Below the pieces are notes generated by a model. The model did no database searches. It had not been told where the DNA came from and saw only the letters and a program-made list of their open reading frames with translations. This document shows, piece after piece, positions 34,458 through 49,150 of a stretch of 64,000 bases of DNA. Position numbers and translations under genes: made by a program. Source of the stretch: Iphione sp. A-MEVVRFRX5 (lineage: Eukaryota); the NCBI GenBank assembly GCA_976226885.1, contig OZ320313.1, positions 130,882,001-130,946,000 on the forward strand, read 5' to 3'. Position 1 is the first letter of the stretch, and each line of letters starts with the position of its first letter.

Positions 34458-35040
34458 TGGAACCCTCTGTAGAGTTGTGTGTAACCTTCTGTGTGTGTGC
34501 TGTAACCCTCTGTAGAATTGTGTGTGACCTGTTGTGTGTGTCCTGTAATCTTATGCAGAGTTGTGTGTAACCTGTTTTGTGTGTCCTGTAACCCTCTGTA
34601 GAGGTGTCTGTTACCTGTTTTGTATCCCCTGTAACCCTCTGTATCAGTGTCTGTTACCTGTTGTGTGTCCCCTGTAACCCTCCGTATAGGTGTCTGTTAC
34701 CTGTTGTGTGTCACCTGTAATCATTTGTAGAGGTGTCTGTTACCTGTTGTGTGTATCCTGTAACCCTCTGTAGAGGTGTCTATTACTTGTTGTGTGCCTA
34801 CTGTAACCCTCTGTATAGGTGTCTATTACCCGTTGTGTGTCCCCTGTAACCCTCCGTATAGGTGTCTGTTACCTGTTGTGTGTCACCTGTAACCATTTGT
34901 AGAGGTGTCTGTTACATGTTGTGTATGTCCTGTAACCCTCTGTAGAGGTGTCTATTACCTGTTGTGTGCCTACTATAACCCTCTGTAGAGCTGTCTGTTA
35001 CCTAGTATATGCCCACTGTAACCCTCTATAGAGGTATCTC
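34458..35040. repeat. 43-bp minisatellite, about 14 units, with a duplicated 4-unit higher-order block
   Basis: Consensus TGTAACCCTCTGTAGAGGTGTCTGTTACCTGTTGTGTGTCCCC. Confidence 0.92.
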
Positions 35041-38000
35041 GTTATGTATCTATCACATACATGGACTTTCACAGCTGTGTTGCTACCTTGAATTTTAATG
35101 ACTATGCGTATTAACTGGGGCAGTTCCATGAGGCCCTGTTCTGTGCTCATCTGTGTACAGAATGGGATATTTCCTAAATTTCACAGCCATGTGTACGTAT
35201 TGTTGCCGTGATTTTTGTTGACTACGGGTAAAAACTGGATTGCTTTAGGAAACACGCAAGAACATGGTCCTTTGCCCGTTCTTCCCCTTTGTACATGGAG
35301 ACCACAGTGCCACAGGGACGCATGTATGCGGAAATTATGCTTTACCTTTGCTAAGTTACACTTGTCATTACATGCGTTTGTCTCACCCATATACATTACA
35401 CATAATACTGTACCACCCTCTGACAGGAACATAACTGTAAGTACAGGGCCAAAGTTCACTTAATGACTACATAATCAAACTGTAATTGTAGACTCTGTAC
35501 AACAGTGTTTTGTTATGACCTTCTATGTGAAATTAGGGTGAGATAATGAATATTACACGGCAATATATAGTGGCAATCCATGCTTGATGACTCGTTTGGA
35601 TCCACCATATGTGGTAGAGCCAAACTCGTCCCAATGTCACACAATATCAGTTTGTCAGCGTGTTGGTGAAGGGCGAGTTGCTAAGGACGTCAGTTGATGA
35701 AGGGGTGAGGTAATAACAGAAATCCCAGGATCATAATGATGAAAGAGATTCTTTGTGGTATGGTAACTTTGGGGTTGGAAAGACTGCTCAGCTCTCTTTT
35801 CAATGATAAGAAACAGGAGTCCTTTAACTCACGGCAAACTTTGCCCACACTGTCAACGGCAATAGCCACACTTCTGCTGAGCTTCTGACCGAGGACATGA
35901 CCTTTGCTTGGGGAGGCATACTACAACTCCCAGTTACTGCTCATCGTTTTCTTTGACCACGAAGATATCTTTTTGCCCTAAACTTGTGGATAAGAACAAC
36001 AGAACGAGTGGACCTGCTAAGCACAGGCGCAAATGAGCCTGGGGACCAAAATCTGTGAAGATATTTCTGAAATTTTCACCACAGTAGTACTGTCAAGCAC
36101 GCATCTAGTGGGTACCATTTCTATAAAAAGAAATCTCCAAATTCTATCTCTGATAGAAACAGGAGTATCTTGTGCACAAGGTCTAGGAAGATGTTGGGAC
36201 AGTGAGATGGTTGGAGGTCATATAACTTTAATTATTGCTTAATTCCTTCCGATTTGGGGTGGGAAACCAAATGGTAGGAGCCACTGAATTAACTGATTGA
36301 GTTTATCTGAGTGATATTAAACACACCCATTTCAGTGTATAATTTTACCACTTCCTACTTTCAACAGTGTTTATGTCGTATTAGTATGAAAATAGTTCAA
36401 AAGAGGGCATTAAACAGTTCACTCAACATGTAACTATGATTCCCACGATACACCAATTACTAGATCTCTACTTTGCCTAATAATGTCACAATGATGCTAT
36501 GAAGGTATTTACATATACACAGGCAGGAAACTGGCACAACTTGGCGTTATTTTGACGTTGGTAACATAGAGTGGTGATCAGTCAATTTAGTGTACGTAGG
36601 TACGCCTTCTATAAGCAGCAAGAAGACAAAGGACACTCCTAACAGACACTTAACTAACCATGTGCATCTAAGCCCTAGGTTGCAAAGTTTACATCTACAG
36701 TCATCCTTCTTCTTCCGGCCCCTAACCGGATTCCCTTGTTTTCCGGAAGAAATGTAACGTTACCTTAGTCCGTAAATTGATGTTATTTTCCTCAACAGTC
36801 CGATTACCTTGTCAAGCGGACTAAACTTGCTATTGCAAAACTTCCCTTTGATGATGCATGGTTGATAGTATTAATTAGGCAGAATCTCAAATGAAATTCT
36901 GGGGAGCACTCTTGCGTTAACTCAGGTGTGATTCAGTAATGGCATGAATTTTGCGGCTCGCCCTCAGCAGCACTTTATGGACTTTCCATATACAGTGCAA
37001 AGCCACCTTATAAGGAGATGCCTCTAATAGAGACACCTTTGGAAAGTACAGATTCTATTTGTTTGGACAAAGCCTACCGAGAAACGGATCTGGTTTCCCG
37101 GGACAGCAGTTCAGGCGAGGCAGCTTAATACATGTACATGGGGTCCCCAGGGTCAAATACAAGTATGTTCTCAGAATTTGCAGGAATCGACTCGGGCTAC
37201 TTTCTTGTTTTATTTCCTCACCGTCATATTACCCTCGGATCTAGTGACCTATATAGTGGCAGACAGGTTCCTTACTCATTATCTCAACCAACGACATCTA
37301 GTTATCATACATTTACTCAAATACATATCCATCCTAATAAATGCATATGATTTAATGGGTGATAATGAAATTCACATGATATACAAATTAGCCTCAGTTC
37401 CCTTGAAAATAACTATATACAACATAACAATGGCCAAAGTGAATTATAGTAAATAGGAAGCTACACGTTGTCTGGGTACTCTGATATCAACTGTCTGGTA
37501 TCTATCCCATCACTTCTCTCATCTTTTCTTCTTAAATCACAATATGATTTCCATTTGTGTCATCTATATACTTACAGACATGAAAGGATGTCCATACACT
37601 GCAAAAGTACAAAAACTAGACATTTTGTTGGTGAAGGGTGTATTTTGTGGATAGGAGAAAATTAATGGTCTCATCTATGGCAAGCACAAACTTGTGAAAT
37701 ATGTGAAATACAGTCACCCAGTATACCTAGGAGATCACCTATAGCACTTGTTAAATGTGGTCTGTGTTGCAGTCTGGTCTCCTGGTCTTTAAGTGTGGGT
37801 CAACTTTATATTTCACTGCTCCCAAATTCCATAAAAAGCCGAAACGAATTTTCATAGCTGCCATACTTAAAGGTATGCATACGCTCTCATGTAGAGACGT
37901 ATGTATAGTGTCCATATACACGTGTGTATCGAACAGTTTTGCTTGTTTTATCAAGGATATACTGCTAATACAAACTGTAGTATACATGTATGTACCTCTA

Positions 38001-38099
38001 ATTGAAAGTTGGTTATTATATTCCGGGAAAACCATTGCAATTCCCTTGATTATGTTTTTTTATGTATCCGTAAATAACGACTCAAAATAGTATATTCTT

Positions 38100-38310
38100 C
38101 TGACTGTGACGCACGATGCAATGCCAGAGAGAGAGAGAGACAGAGACATAGAGAGAGACAGAGAGAGACAGACAGAGACAGAGGCGGGAGAGAGGGGGAA
38201 ACGGTAAGATACAGGGGGGGCGGAAAGGAGAGAGAAAGGGGGAGACGAGAGAATGAGAAAGAGCGACAGAGAGAGACAGAGGCATAGAGAGCGACTGAGG
38301 GGCAGATAGA
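38100..38310. repeat. (GA)/(GACA) microsatellite region
   Basis: GAGA/GACA runs. Confidence 0.85.
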
Positions 38311-40679
38311 TAACAATGTCCGTTGGGCAAACTGACGAGGTAGAGCTATTAGGAATAGTAGAGAAAAGGTTCGGGATCGTAGTGTGATACGAGGAATGGT
38401 AAAGAAGGGAATGGCGGTGGATGGGTGGCGGTGACAAATATTGGAACTACCCTCGCGCTGACGGGCACGGCTATCACGTCATCTGGCGGTGACTAGCCTG
38501 TTTGCTTAGATGAGTGGGATGACTTCTTTTTTTCGTGGGGGAGCGAGACGGGCAGGGCTGTAACTGACGCCTGTATCTTCATATTTGCGTAGCAGTGTCA
38601 GAGAACCGACAGAGAAACATGTGACCTGAGTGACAGAGAAGGAGGAGAGAGAATTTAAAATCGTTTTTAAAGAAGAACGGATGTATGCCTGTGAGAAATG
38701 ATGTACTAGGCCTGTGGATAGCCTGAGTATAATGTGATCTTAAGTCAAACATAATAGTTGAGACAGGGTCAGAGAAGACACAGACCGATGCACCAGTTCA
38801 GGTGGAACGAAACACAAATAAGTGAGAGGCCAGAATGCAATGGTAGGCTCATAAACATACAATGCATCTGTTTGAGAGATTGTGAAGTGTTTTCATTTTG
38901 CTGTTGGTATTGAATCGGATTTACCGCGCATACAAAAATGAATTCAACGATGTGAATAAGGCTATTTTCTAGAACCCCTTATTATTGTTTTATGCTGTAT
39001 GTGTGAGTTAGCTGCGTGATACACCCCAATTTCCAGTCCGGTCCCTCTCCATCTTTTATTTGACCTCACAGGGCTTCGTTGTTCCCTACATACTTGTTTC
39101 TTATTTTTGCTCAGTCAGCCATCTTTTTTGTTCCTATAGTTCTTTCTAGACATCAGCACTACACTATCTGTTTTCTTGAGTACCCTCTGTAGTGCACCCA
39201 GACAGCCCTTAAGGTACATTGTCCACACATCTATTTTCTTCGCTGCAGACAATGAGGACACCGTAGACTCTGTAGCCACTACAGGCAAAACCGGTCTAGA
39301 TTTAACTGAATGGTCACTGCAGTTCTGTCTTCCATGGACCGTTATGGCCTGGAATGTCTGTGGTGTCTACCGTGAAAAAGAGATGTGTGGACAACAACCC
39401 TTTATTCTCTGAGGTCTCTGAGGCCTGGGCTAAAAATATACATGTTTACACTCATTAAGTTGAACACATGGACACGTACGAAAAACCCAGCAGGTCAGGT
39501 AGATAGGCAGGAAAAGTTAATTAGTCCCAACATTTGGCAAAGTCTTTCTAGCCATCTATATTTATGTAAATATATGTAAATCAATCTATATATGCATGTA
39601 CATATCTGTGTATATATGCGCAAGTTTGTTGGGACGTGGCCATTCTGCATGCTATCGAGCCCCAAAACAATGTGTACGCATATGACACAGTACATTATAA
39701 ACGAATTCAATGTAACAACGCAATTCTAACACTTGAAAAAGCTTTGTTATGTATACGCAAGAGCTTGTTCTCCACCCATCATTGATTCTTGGAGGTCTCA
39801 GCCCTCGACCACGTCCCTAATACTAGGGCACAAAGCCTCTGGTCACGGCCCATTATGTGCTTGGGTTCTGGTCGGGTGGGATTCGTTGTGTGTGTGGGTG
39901 GGGGGGGGGAGGGTCTACTTTTGTCGAACATTGTTTTACGAATATTAATGTGTTGATATAATGAACACCTATATATGTTAAAAGAAATGAGGATATAGGC
40001 TTGCAATACATTTTTAACACTGCAATGCCGTTTGCATAGATGATAAGATAGGAGAAACAGCCGGAGTCAATCCAGGTACAGGAGTTTTGACAGAGCTAAG
40101 GATAGCAGGAGGCAGGGCTTATATAGTGGGTTAAGTAGGAGAATACTAAATCAAGCTGGAGAGGACCGGAGGAGGGCAGGATATAGCAAAGGAGGTTAAG
40201 AAGCTGATTAGGCGAGCTTGGGCTAGAACGGCACAGACGAGCAGTGTAGGGACAGGAAAGAGCCGATGAGAGAGAAGAGAGTACGAAGGAGAATCTGAGT
40301 AGAATGACAGAGTGTACGATCAAAACAGTGCTGAAAGCAGAGAAAGAGCAGGATGGGGGAGGAAGAGCAGTATACACCGGGGACATAGTAGGGAGAGCCC
40401 AAGGAGCAGCGGGCGAAGGAAAATGGGATGGGGATAGGAGTGGATGGAGAATGATTGCTTAGATACAAAAAAGAGGTAATTTGAGGAGTAGACTTTGAGT
40501 ATTTTATATATGCATATATGTACAAAAATGTGAGAGATATCAATATATAATTATATAACACAAAAGATAAAGGAACATTGGAAGCGTTGACGAGGATGGA
40601 AAATAAGAAGTGAGCAGGGAGGAACAAGAATGGGTACGAAATATATGGAAGAGGAGAAAGAGACTGAATAATTCGGTAA

Positions 40680-40681
40680 GT

Positions 40682-40729
<48 letters not shown>

Positions 40730-40742
40730 AGAAAGTGGGAGG
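40680..40742. repeat. (GA)n microsatellite plus G tract
   Basis: GA run followed by poly-G. Confidence 0.95.
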
Positions 40743-41029
40743 GAGTCGCTGTTTGGCATTGTTGATGCATTACTCACGTTGTGTCGAGCCAGACTGATGG
40801 TGTTTACTGTCAAACAGGCTTGGTGGTGTACCTTTATTCCAGGATTCAGTAGTGTAGAACGTGCAGTCATGGTGACTGCCTCCTACAGAAGCCAAAGTCA
40901 CACACTGGCCCCTGTGAACCCTGCAGTAGGCTACCACGGTCTCTCGCACACACTGCCTTTTTATCCCTGGACCACGATACTAATAAACCATTTGGAGTAG
41001 AACAGCGCAACTTGGGACATGCTTGGTCC

Positions 41030-41245
41030 TCATTTAAAGGGTGTCCCCAGTCCTGGATGGTACTATGTACAGCAGAATCTCACAACTGGAGACAGCCTTG
41101 GTTTCTAGGGAATGTGTTCCCCGTTTAAAGGGTGTCCTCCGTCCTGAGTAGTACCATATACAGTAGAACCTTGCAACCGGAGACACCCTTGGTTCCCTGG
41201 GAATGTGCCCCCCCCCCATTTAATAGGGTGTCCCTAGTCCTGGCT
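41030..41245. repeat. ~88-bp tandem repeat (about 2.3 units) derived from a Tc1-like MITE end
   Basis: TTTAAAGGGTGTCC...TACAG(C/T)AGAA(T/C)CT...GGAGACA.CCTTGGTT..GGGAATGTG repeated. Confidence 0.7.
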
Positions 41246-44200
41246 GCCACAATGAAGTTGTAATATGTGTTCCTCACAGTGGTTTTTAATGCAGGACAAT
41301 GTCGAACACAATAGCTGTTGCCAAAGGTCTTACATGTACATCGGTTTTCTATACTCTTCAGTGATGAGGCAGCTGGTAACATATAGTTGAAAGGTTATTC
41401 TACACCTGTTTTATGACTTTAGAGTATCGAGATGTGCCTCCATTGACTCTGCAATTAAGTACCTCGTAAACACCTTTGCCAAAGACCATTACTATCCATA
41501 CTACTGACACACCTACACTGTGAAAATGTTTAAGTGCTACTATGTTGATGTGCTGATGAAATCAAAGACAAATATTAAATCATCAACACTTTTAAATGTG
41601 CTGTATTAATTGTAGTGGCTGCATTAACCTGCAGACATCAAAACCATTAAGCTTCTTCTATACATATCAAAGTATTAATAAAGTGTTCCAAGCTCACGTA
41701 TTAATCTATATATTTCTATTATAGTTTTATACATAATAGGTACTGATTATTAGTAACATGTAACGTGTAATGTGTCTAAAAAGTATTGAAGATAATGTGT
41801 TTAAATCTAAACATTTGTTTTATGAGTACATTTATATGTCTACACACTACCCAGAGACAGGTGAATTTTAAATTCTAAATGACAGGTTGTGACTAATCGT
41901 ATAAGCATCCCTCCAGAGACGAGTTCATTGTATTCAAGCAGATGAGATCACACATTGGATAGTCGTTCTAGAATTCTATTTCAAGACTGGAAATCGCTAG
42001 TTTCACTCCAACTGGTGGCAGCGCATCTCCGTTATGTTCAAAAGTACACTTTTTTAAAAAAAGTCACACCCGTAAATAAACCCAAAAGAGGTACTTGTCA
42101 TACCTAAATAGAGTGGGAATGGTGGCACGGGACTGGTTTACAACCATATGGGAGAGGCTGACTTGCAGGAGAGGAAGGGAAAGTATGATCATTCCTTCTT
42201 GGAGATTTTATATTTTGTTCCCCCATAATAAGTAGGAATTTCTTACCCAGGAATTTATTAAACAATATTCATCAACAATACTTTAGGTAAAATGAGAGAA
42301 GAAGCATGCATAGACATCTCTTGGTATTCCATTACCTCATTATTCCAGTATCCTCGCTATTCCATCCGTAATTGCCTGGGCGCTGACTGAATAATGTTCC
42401 AACACCTCGCTATTAAAGGCATAATCAAGTGGAACCAGTGTTGCAATAGCGAGGAGTTACTGTAATTTAAAGATTGATTTGTTCCACCATATTGTCTAAA
42501 CGGTCACAAAATTGATAAATTAGGTCCATTTGTTATGGTTTGTTAAACTCCATCTATAAACCGTTGCCTGAAAACAGTCCGTTATATACAAATGTGATCT
42601 TTTGGTAAGGTAGCTTCTTTTATGTTTATATAACATGGCATGTAGATATTTTATTGTAATGGGCAGCTTTGAATTTATGTTGGTTTCTAAAGAGAACTTT
42701 ATTTTTTAATACAAAAGTTAGACTACTTTTCCAGCTGTGTTTGGGAATCTGACTCTCTAGATGAGCAAAGCCCACCATTAGGGACTAGAATACCATTTCA
42801 CTGCTACACTAAGTCAGCTTTGCTAACTCTTTGTGTACATAAAGCCAAAACATATCTGTCATTCTGCTAACAAGTTGAAAAAATATAGGGTTGGTTGGTA
42901 GGTGTTGTTTTCTTTTTTTACCACACAAATATATCAGTGAAAAGGAGAGACTCATCCCTCTTGCTTGGCACCTAATGACCAAAGAAAAAAGTGTCAACTG
43001 GGTTACCGGAAAACACAAATATTTATGTTTTTAGATCTCACCTATATGCTCCACTCCAACAATAATCTGACACACTTGCTAGATGGCATACCTCCATGAC
43101 TAATTATTCTGATTACATCACTAGCTATGTAAAAACAGAGGTTAATCAGTACCAAGGATGACTTCAGAGCTTCGCCGTCGAACGGGGGATGTTCCATGTC
43201 ATTTGTGTTTGGCTTGAATGTCTCCTGTTTTTGTTAAACAAAATTGGAAAAGAAACATTTTCCACCGTCTGTTTTGCCGCCCTTTCCACAATGTTTGCCC
43301 GAATATTGGTCTCCTGGGAAAATACTACGAATTGCGATCCTAACCCCGAACAGCACGTACAGTACTGACGCCTTGGTCGCCACACCTGCACAGGAACCAG
43401 TGAACCTATGGCTACTACTTGGCACGATCTAATACAGGCATTCCTCTCTTAAGGAATCCTCTGAGAACGAAGTTACAGTTCACTGTATAAAAAATATTTA
43501 TTCCAAATCTGAAGCTAGAGTCCCCAGTGGTAATATATTCAGCCCCGGTTAACTGAACCCTAGTAATCGGAATTCTCTGGTTATGTGGGTCATTTAGTCC
43601 CGATCAGTTTTAGAAGATACATACCTTGTTCGGTTTATTGGAGCTGACTCCATTATGCTTCTGTAAACGATATTTCTGATAATGGAGTGATGTCTCTAAA
43701 CAGATATACTTCATAAAGAGAGGTATGTCGTTATAAAAAGATGAAATTCGCAGAGAGGACCAAGTCAGGTCGTACATGTATACCTGTGTACGTACGCGAA
43801 TTATAACACCATTGCCTAAACTGCCAGCCTCATCGTCACACCTGTGCATGATATATTTCCACTACACCCCCAATAATGCCTCGGTAAAGGTACAGACCCA
43901 TACCTGTCAATAGAAGCCCGTGATGACCTCTAAACTCGATCCTGTGAAACCCGTCCTGGTCGATATAATCTCCAAGGGGAATGTTCTAACGTGTAGGAGA
44001 GGAGTGGGCTAAAATCCTGTCTACCTAACAAATACAGATATTAAGCTTCAGGCCTATCTCATCTGGGACCCTTACTGACGCAGAAGGACCTTTTCTTCAT
44101 CGTATCTCTTTTACCTTAGGGGAAGAGGACTAATTCCCAATTTATAATTTAGTTGATTAGACTTTATGATGTGTTGCTTTATGAGGCAATGAGCCCAGGA

Positions 44201-46724
44201 TCGTATTTTCCCTGTCTTCTCTCTTAAGACTAGCACGTACTCTGAATAGACAGAGAGGAGGGGGCGTAGAGACAGAGAGATGGATAGATCACGTTTCATT
44301 TAAATAATGCTCTTATAAAAACAATACACAATACTTTAAATATCAATAACAGTGAAAATATTAATATCACGTGCGTTATGCACATTTGGAATACGGCTTA
44401 AACATCATATTGATATTAGACAGCTGGCATAAGGGAATACTTTCAGGCGATGTTTTATACGGAGAGGGGAATGAGATGGATCTCATTCTGCCTGCCATTG
44501 GGAAATATTTGTTCTGAGCTGATCTTTATCTGTCTCTCATCCCTTGACTGCTGAGACCGTCCATCCATATTCACACACAGGGAGGTTGATCAGGCCTGTG
44601 GTTATGCCGCCACTGCCCCCTAATCGTCTGCTCCCAGTAGCTGGCACGCAGGTACCCGTCTTTTTACCAGTTCCCATGCCATGCTTCCGGATGCTCGGTT
44701 ATGTTTGCCTCATACTCATGTGTAATTCAACGAACATTATTACAAATATAAACACCCTATTGACGGAGACTCTCTTGATGGAATGTCTCGCTATACGGCG
44801 AGATTGAGGAAACTGTATAAGTAAGTACATGTAGGTCAAAAATGACTTTGTATATGGAAATTCACTACGGACAAGACCCTGTAACGAAGACATCTCACAT
44901 AGTGAACAAGCAAGAGACATAAAAAATCTCTCTAACTTCCTATTGCCGTACTCCTACTATTCTGGACAGGCCTCTCTATGGACATATTCTTGCCGTTCAC
45001 TTTGCTGTCCATACCTGAGATTCCACTTTATATATACATGAATATATATACGTATCTGTGGGGCCTTGTGCTTGATACACAGTGGAGATTTCCTATACGG
45101 AGAAAGCGCTGCCCATTTCTAGACCAGTACCAACATGATACAAGCTTAATGTGGAGCTTGATATTGTGCATATCCTCTCTCTAACAACCATCTCTTAGAA
45201 AGACCAGCGTTGGCCTGGAATGTGTGGTGGTCGTTATACAGAGCCGTCACCGTATATTGACAGAATTTAGATTGAAGGTGTAAATGGTCACAGCTATGGT
45301 AACTACATCCTCATAGTAAATATAGGTGACATGGTATGCAACACCCCCCCCCCCTCCGTTCCCCGGGCTTTTTGTGGCCCTTCCAAACGGAAGCCTGCTA
45401 TGTCTGTGTGATATCCAGGTCAGAGTCCTTACCGTCAGTGATTAATTTGCAGGGATAATTGAGATGAGGTATCTAGCTTCTCTTCCCTGTGCGTCTTACA
45501 CCCTAGGTTTACCAGGGAGCTGAGAGGGAAACGTTTGACGAGGTTCAGACCGGTGACCTCACTGCCTGCGTGACTAGCTTAAGAAATCATCTATAAGTAG
45601 ATAGACAAAGAAGTATAAATACAAACACAAACTGACTGAAACACGCAAATAGAGAGCAGCTAGGCTGAGATGAGTGTCCATGCACGCTGCAATCACGTCG
45701 GACTCACCACAGTCTTTTAAGTTCGTGCCAACTACTAGCCTCAATTTCCATATAGTGTGCGTGTTTCCCATCCATTTTCTGCTGTAACAACAGAGTTTGT
45801 GTTAGCCTCAATTTCCATGTGTCCAAATTCCCCGTCCATTTTCTCCTGTAACAACGCTGGAGTCTGTTTACCTTTGATTAGGAAATTTCACCGTCAAAGA
45901 AAACATGTACATGCTGGTGACACCGACGCACTGATGGAAAATATGGGTACATGTAAATTAAGCCTTAGCTCTAATATCCATGTACCAGTGTTTAACTGGT
46001 ACATGTTTTATAATGATACAATGGATTTTGACATTTTTGAGACCCGGTTTTAGTTTTAGGCTTGGACATGGACCATGGAAGATTAGGGCATATCCGTGTC
46101 CGTGTCTGTGTTTATCAAATATGCACAGGCACACGAAGGTAGTCGAAGTGACTAATTTAGTCTCCATAATGATGATCATTGTGTACCTGTATGCTAATAG
46201 ATGTCAAGCACGGGGTTCATAATTAACCTCGTAAATTTCATATGCTCTATGCGTGGTAAAACCTTCACTTAAAACAAAGCCAACAGTGCTCAGTGTGGCA
46301 AATTCGAGTATGTGTATGAGAGAAAAATCACATAATATATTGGGTGCATGTACACTTTGCACTAGCAGGAAGTTTCATTTGCTAGAAAACATTTGCTTCC
46401 GTGACTCTTTCTTTCAGACCATACACGATACAAATATGATATAATATGCATTTAGAAAATGCCAATGCACACGTATTTTCACGGGATGGCACTTGTTGAT
46501 GATGAATTGTTATGAATGCGTGTTTCTGGAAGATTCGGGAAGTCAAGGTAAAAAAATTCAATTTTATGCTTTTGTGTCTTTAATCCCTCCGCCGGATGTA
46601 AATGATGTATGTAACACAGTCATGTAATAAGCTGTGTTTTAATTGTAAAGTGTATAGATGGAAGAGTCCTAAGTATAAGGCTCTATGAGCAGGAAGGAGC
46701 TATAATAAAAATGTTCGAATATGC

Positions 46725-46995
46725 ATAAAAAATATCTGTGGTTCTGGTGATATGTGAAAACCTATAGGGTCGGTCGGTAGGTGGTATTTTTAATTTTTAT
46801 TTTGTTCAATGTTAATTTACATTTAATATCTCAAATGTATACAGAAATATCACTTCTACTGATTATATCTTAATAAAACCTATATCAATAAAAGTTAATG
46901 ATATAAGGAACTTATTGGTATGTAGTATGAGTCTCACTAAACAAGAAAAAATCAGGGTCGGTCGGGTTACCGGAAACACAATTTTTTTTTAACAT
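46725..46995. mobile_element. Copy of the GGTCGG/GGTTACCGGAAACACA MITE family (degenerate ends)
   Basis: Shares ATCTGTG.TTCTGGT, AGGGTCGGTCGG and GGGTTACCGGAAACACA with 50218-50532 and 61906-62208; partial copies at about 16325-16385 and 42880-43035. Confidence 0.65.
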
Positions 46996-48977
46996 GGACG
47001 GCATGTGTGTTGTGCCTGTCTGTCATTCTGGCCAGCATACACTTGTCGCACAGTGGACACTGTGTGTGGCTAATTGCAAAAATGTTATTGTATCCAGAAT
47101 GTTAAAGGATTATTGGTAGAGAATACCAAAGGGTGACAGTTGAGGTTAAATGAATAACCTTTAAGGTCAAGTATGTATAATTGATCGCAAATGTCAATGC
47201 CGTCAACTGCTGTACAACTTCTAAATAACCAGAAGCTGAACAAGAACCTACTGGTGCATTGTGATCCTTTCCATAGTGTTACATGTAAATGTGATTTAGG
47301 TTTGACACAAGGTTTCCTACATGTCTTTCTTCACGCCCAACAGGTTTGGTCTCAAGAGAGATAGTAAAAGATATCATGGACTAATGCAAAGCCAATGTTT
47401 ACAATTTAACCTCAGTGTCAAGGCTGGATGGAGGCTAAGAATCAAAGGCAATGGATCCTCATCCGTCTGCTGGGCCCCCGTCTTACTAGCCTCATCCTTA
47501 CATTCCAAGCAGCATATGATATCTGGATCGCCAGCCTTTCATCTGGGATTAAAAAGTACACTCTCGTCTACCAGTTGAGGCCCTTCTGTCTCAAATTGGC
47601 TGATCACACGCATCTTAGTTACGTTCTGCTTGAAATGGTTATGATGTCAAAATAATGCCCCGCTTATGTTTCTGAATACAATAACAATAATCTCTGTCAT
47701 AGACAGGAAATGGCAGAAGCGTCAATAAAATGGGTGTGTACAATATATAAGCCTACAAAATATAAGCCAATAAATCCAAGTTTGGTATTCAAAAAGGAAA
47801 AAAGTCGAAGAACTTCATACTAAGTATAGAATTAAGGTTACTTATGACACAAGATGACACAAACGGTTTATAACCTCATTTGTATTTGCAGTGATTACAT
47901 CGGTCTGAAAGCACTAAACGCCAGCGCAAATACCAGAGAAGAAAGTTATGCCAAGATCAGATATCAAACAAGTCACCATGGCCGATAGATTAAGGAACGG
48001 CTAAGAATTTCTACGTAGAAATTTAACTGACCGGAAGTAATTACAAGTAATGGCTTCACCTTCACTAAATACAATCAGTTTTGTACACTAAGTTATTGTA
48101 TACAGTATGAGCTTGCCAAATAGTTACCTCTGTCCGGCAGTCACTTATTTCGGTCAAATATCTATGGAACAGACTCCTATTATGTACATACAGACTAAAC
48201 TACCTCATTCCACTGGTCACCTCTCTTCACAGTCATCTTCTTGGTGTACAATAATGCCTTGGTATTGAACCACCAGAAGTCATATTACATTATATGTGCT
48301 TTGGAAAATTGTTATCAATTGACCTGGATCTCTCAGCTGAGGATGTCCTTCAGGGAGCGCCTCACACAGCTAGAGTTACTACCTGTCTTTTTCTCTCTTA
48401 CCCAACTCAGTGTGAATTGTTTCAACTCAACTAAAACTTGAATTTCGCTGATATTAAATGCCACCTGAAATTTGTCTGAAATAGCTCAACTGAAGTAAAC
48501 ACAAAGAAAGCAAATCAGCCAAAAAACCTTCAGAAGTTCTGAGGGACAGTGCTTTTTATATACACACGATCTGAATACTAGATCGCAGGGAAGATGGGAC
48601 CAGATACTAATAGTACTAAACATATACATGTATACGTTTGTACAAGGAAGAAACCACAGAGGGAACCAGACTACACCTGAGTCCATATCTCTCCAGTCCC
48701 AGGGGTGGTCTCTTAACCAAGATTTAACTGTACCCTGTTTTGGCCATGGTATATTACACACCTCAACTCACACCCATGAACACATATATATTTTAATTTA
48801 CCCTCAATATCTATATACATCATCATCCTCACGAGTACTACCTTGCCCTCAGATCCATCATTGTTCTCTCTTTCCCTCTTCTCACTTCATCTCGTCTGAC
48901 TTCCTATCTGCAGGTCTTGTGCATTTTAATTCCCCCATACTATTATATACCCTGCTACCTCAACCTAATCTTCACTC

Positions 48978-49150
48978 CAGTAGAACTCCGATCGTGGGTA
49001 CATTCAAAACAGGGGACACCGTTTGACTGGGGACACGTTTGGCCAAAACAGTGTCGTATTTTGGCTATACATGGTGCTAGGACTGGGGACATTCCAAAAA
49101 TAGGGATACTTCCAATGGGAACTAGAGTGCGTACCGTGGAGGTCCTGCTG
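48978..49150. mobile_element. Tc1/mariner-type MITE (degenerate)
   Basis: CAGTAGAACTCC...GGAGGTCCTGCTG|TA with internal GGGGACA repeats. Confidence 0.55.

Noticed and set aside
34458-35040. CRISPR-like regular repeat (also the 11035-11430 array)
   Set aside because: Head-to-tail units without unique spacers, eukaryotic intron context, and no cas genes.
40096-41000. ORFs of 96-215 aa (also 38050-38437, 50593-51068, 17920-18291)
   Set aside because: Translations of (CT)/(GA)/(TATG) microsatellites and purine-rich tracts.
43164-43425. CpG-containing short minus-strand ORFs (ERAAKQTVENVSF)
   Set aside because: No motif and no convincing splice context.
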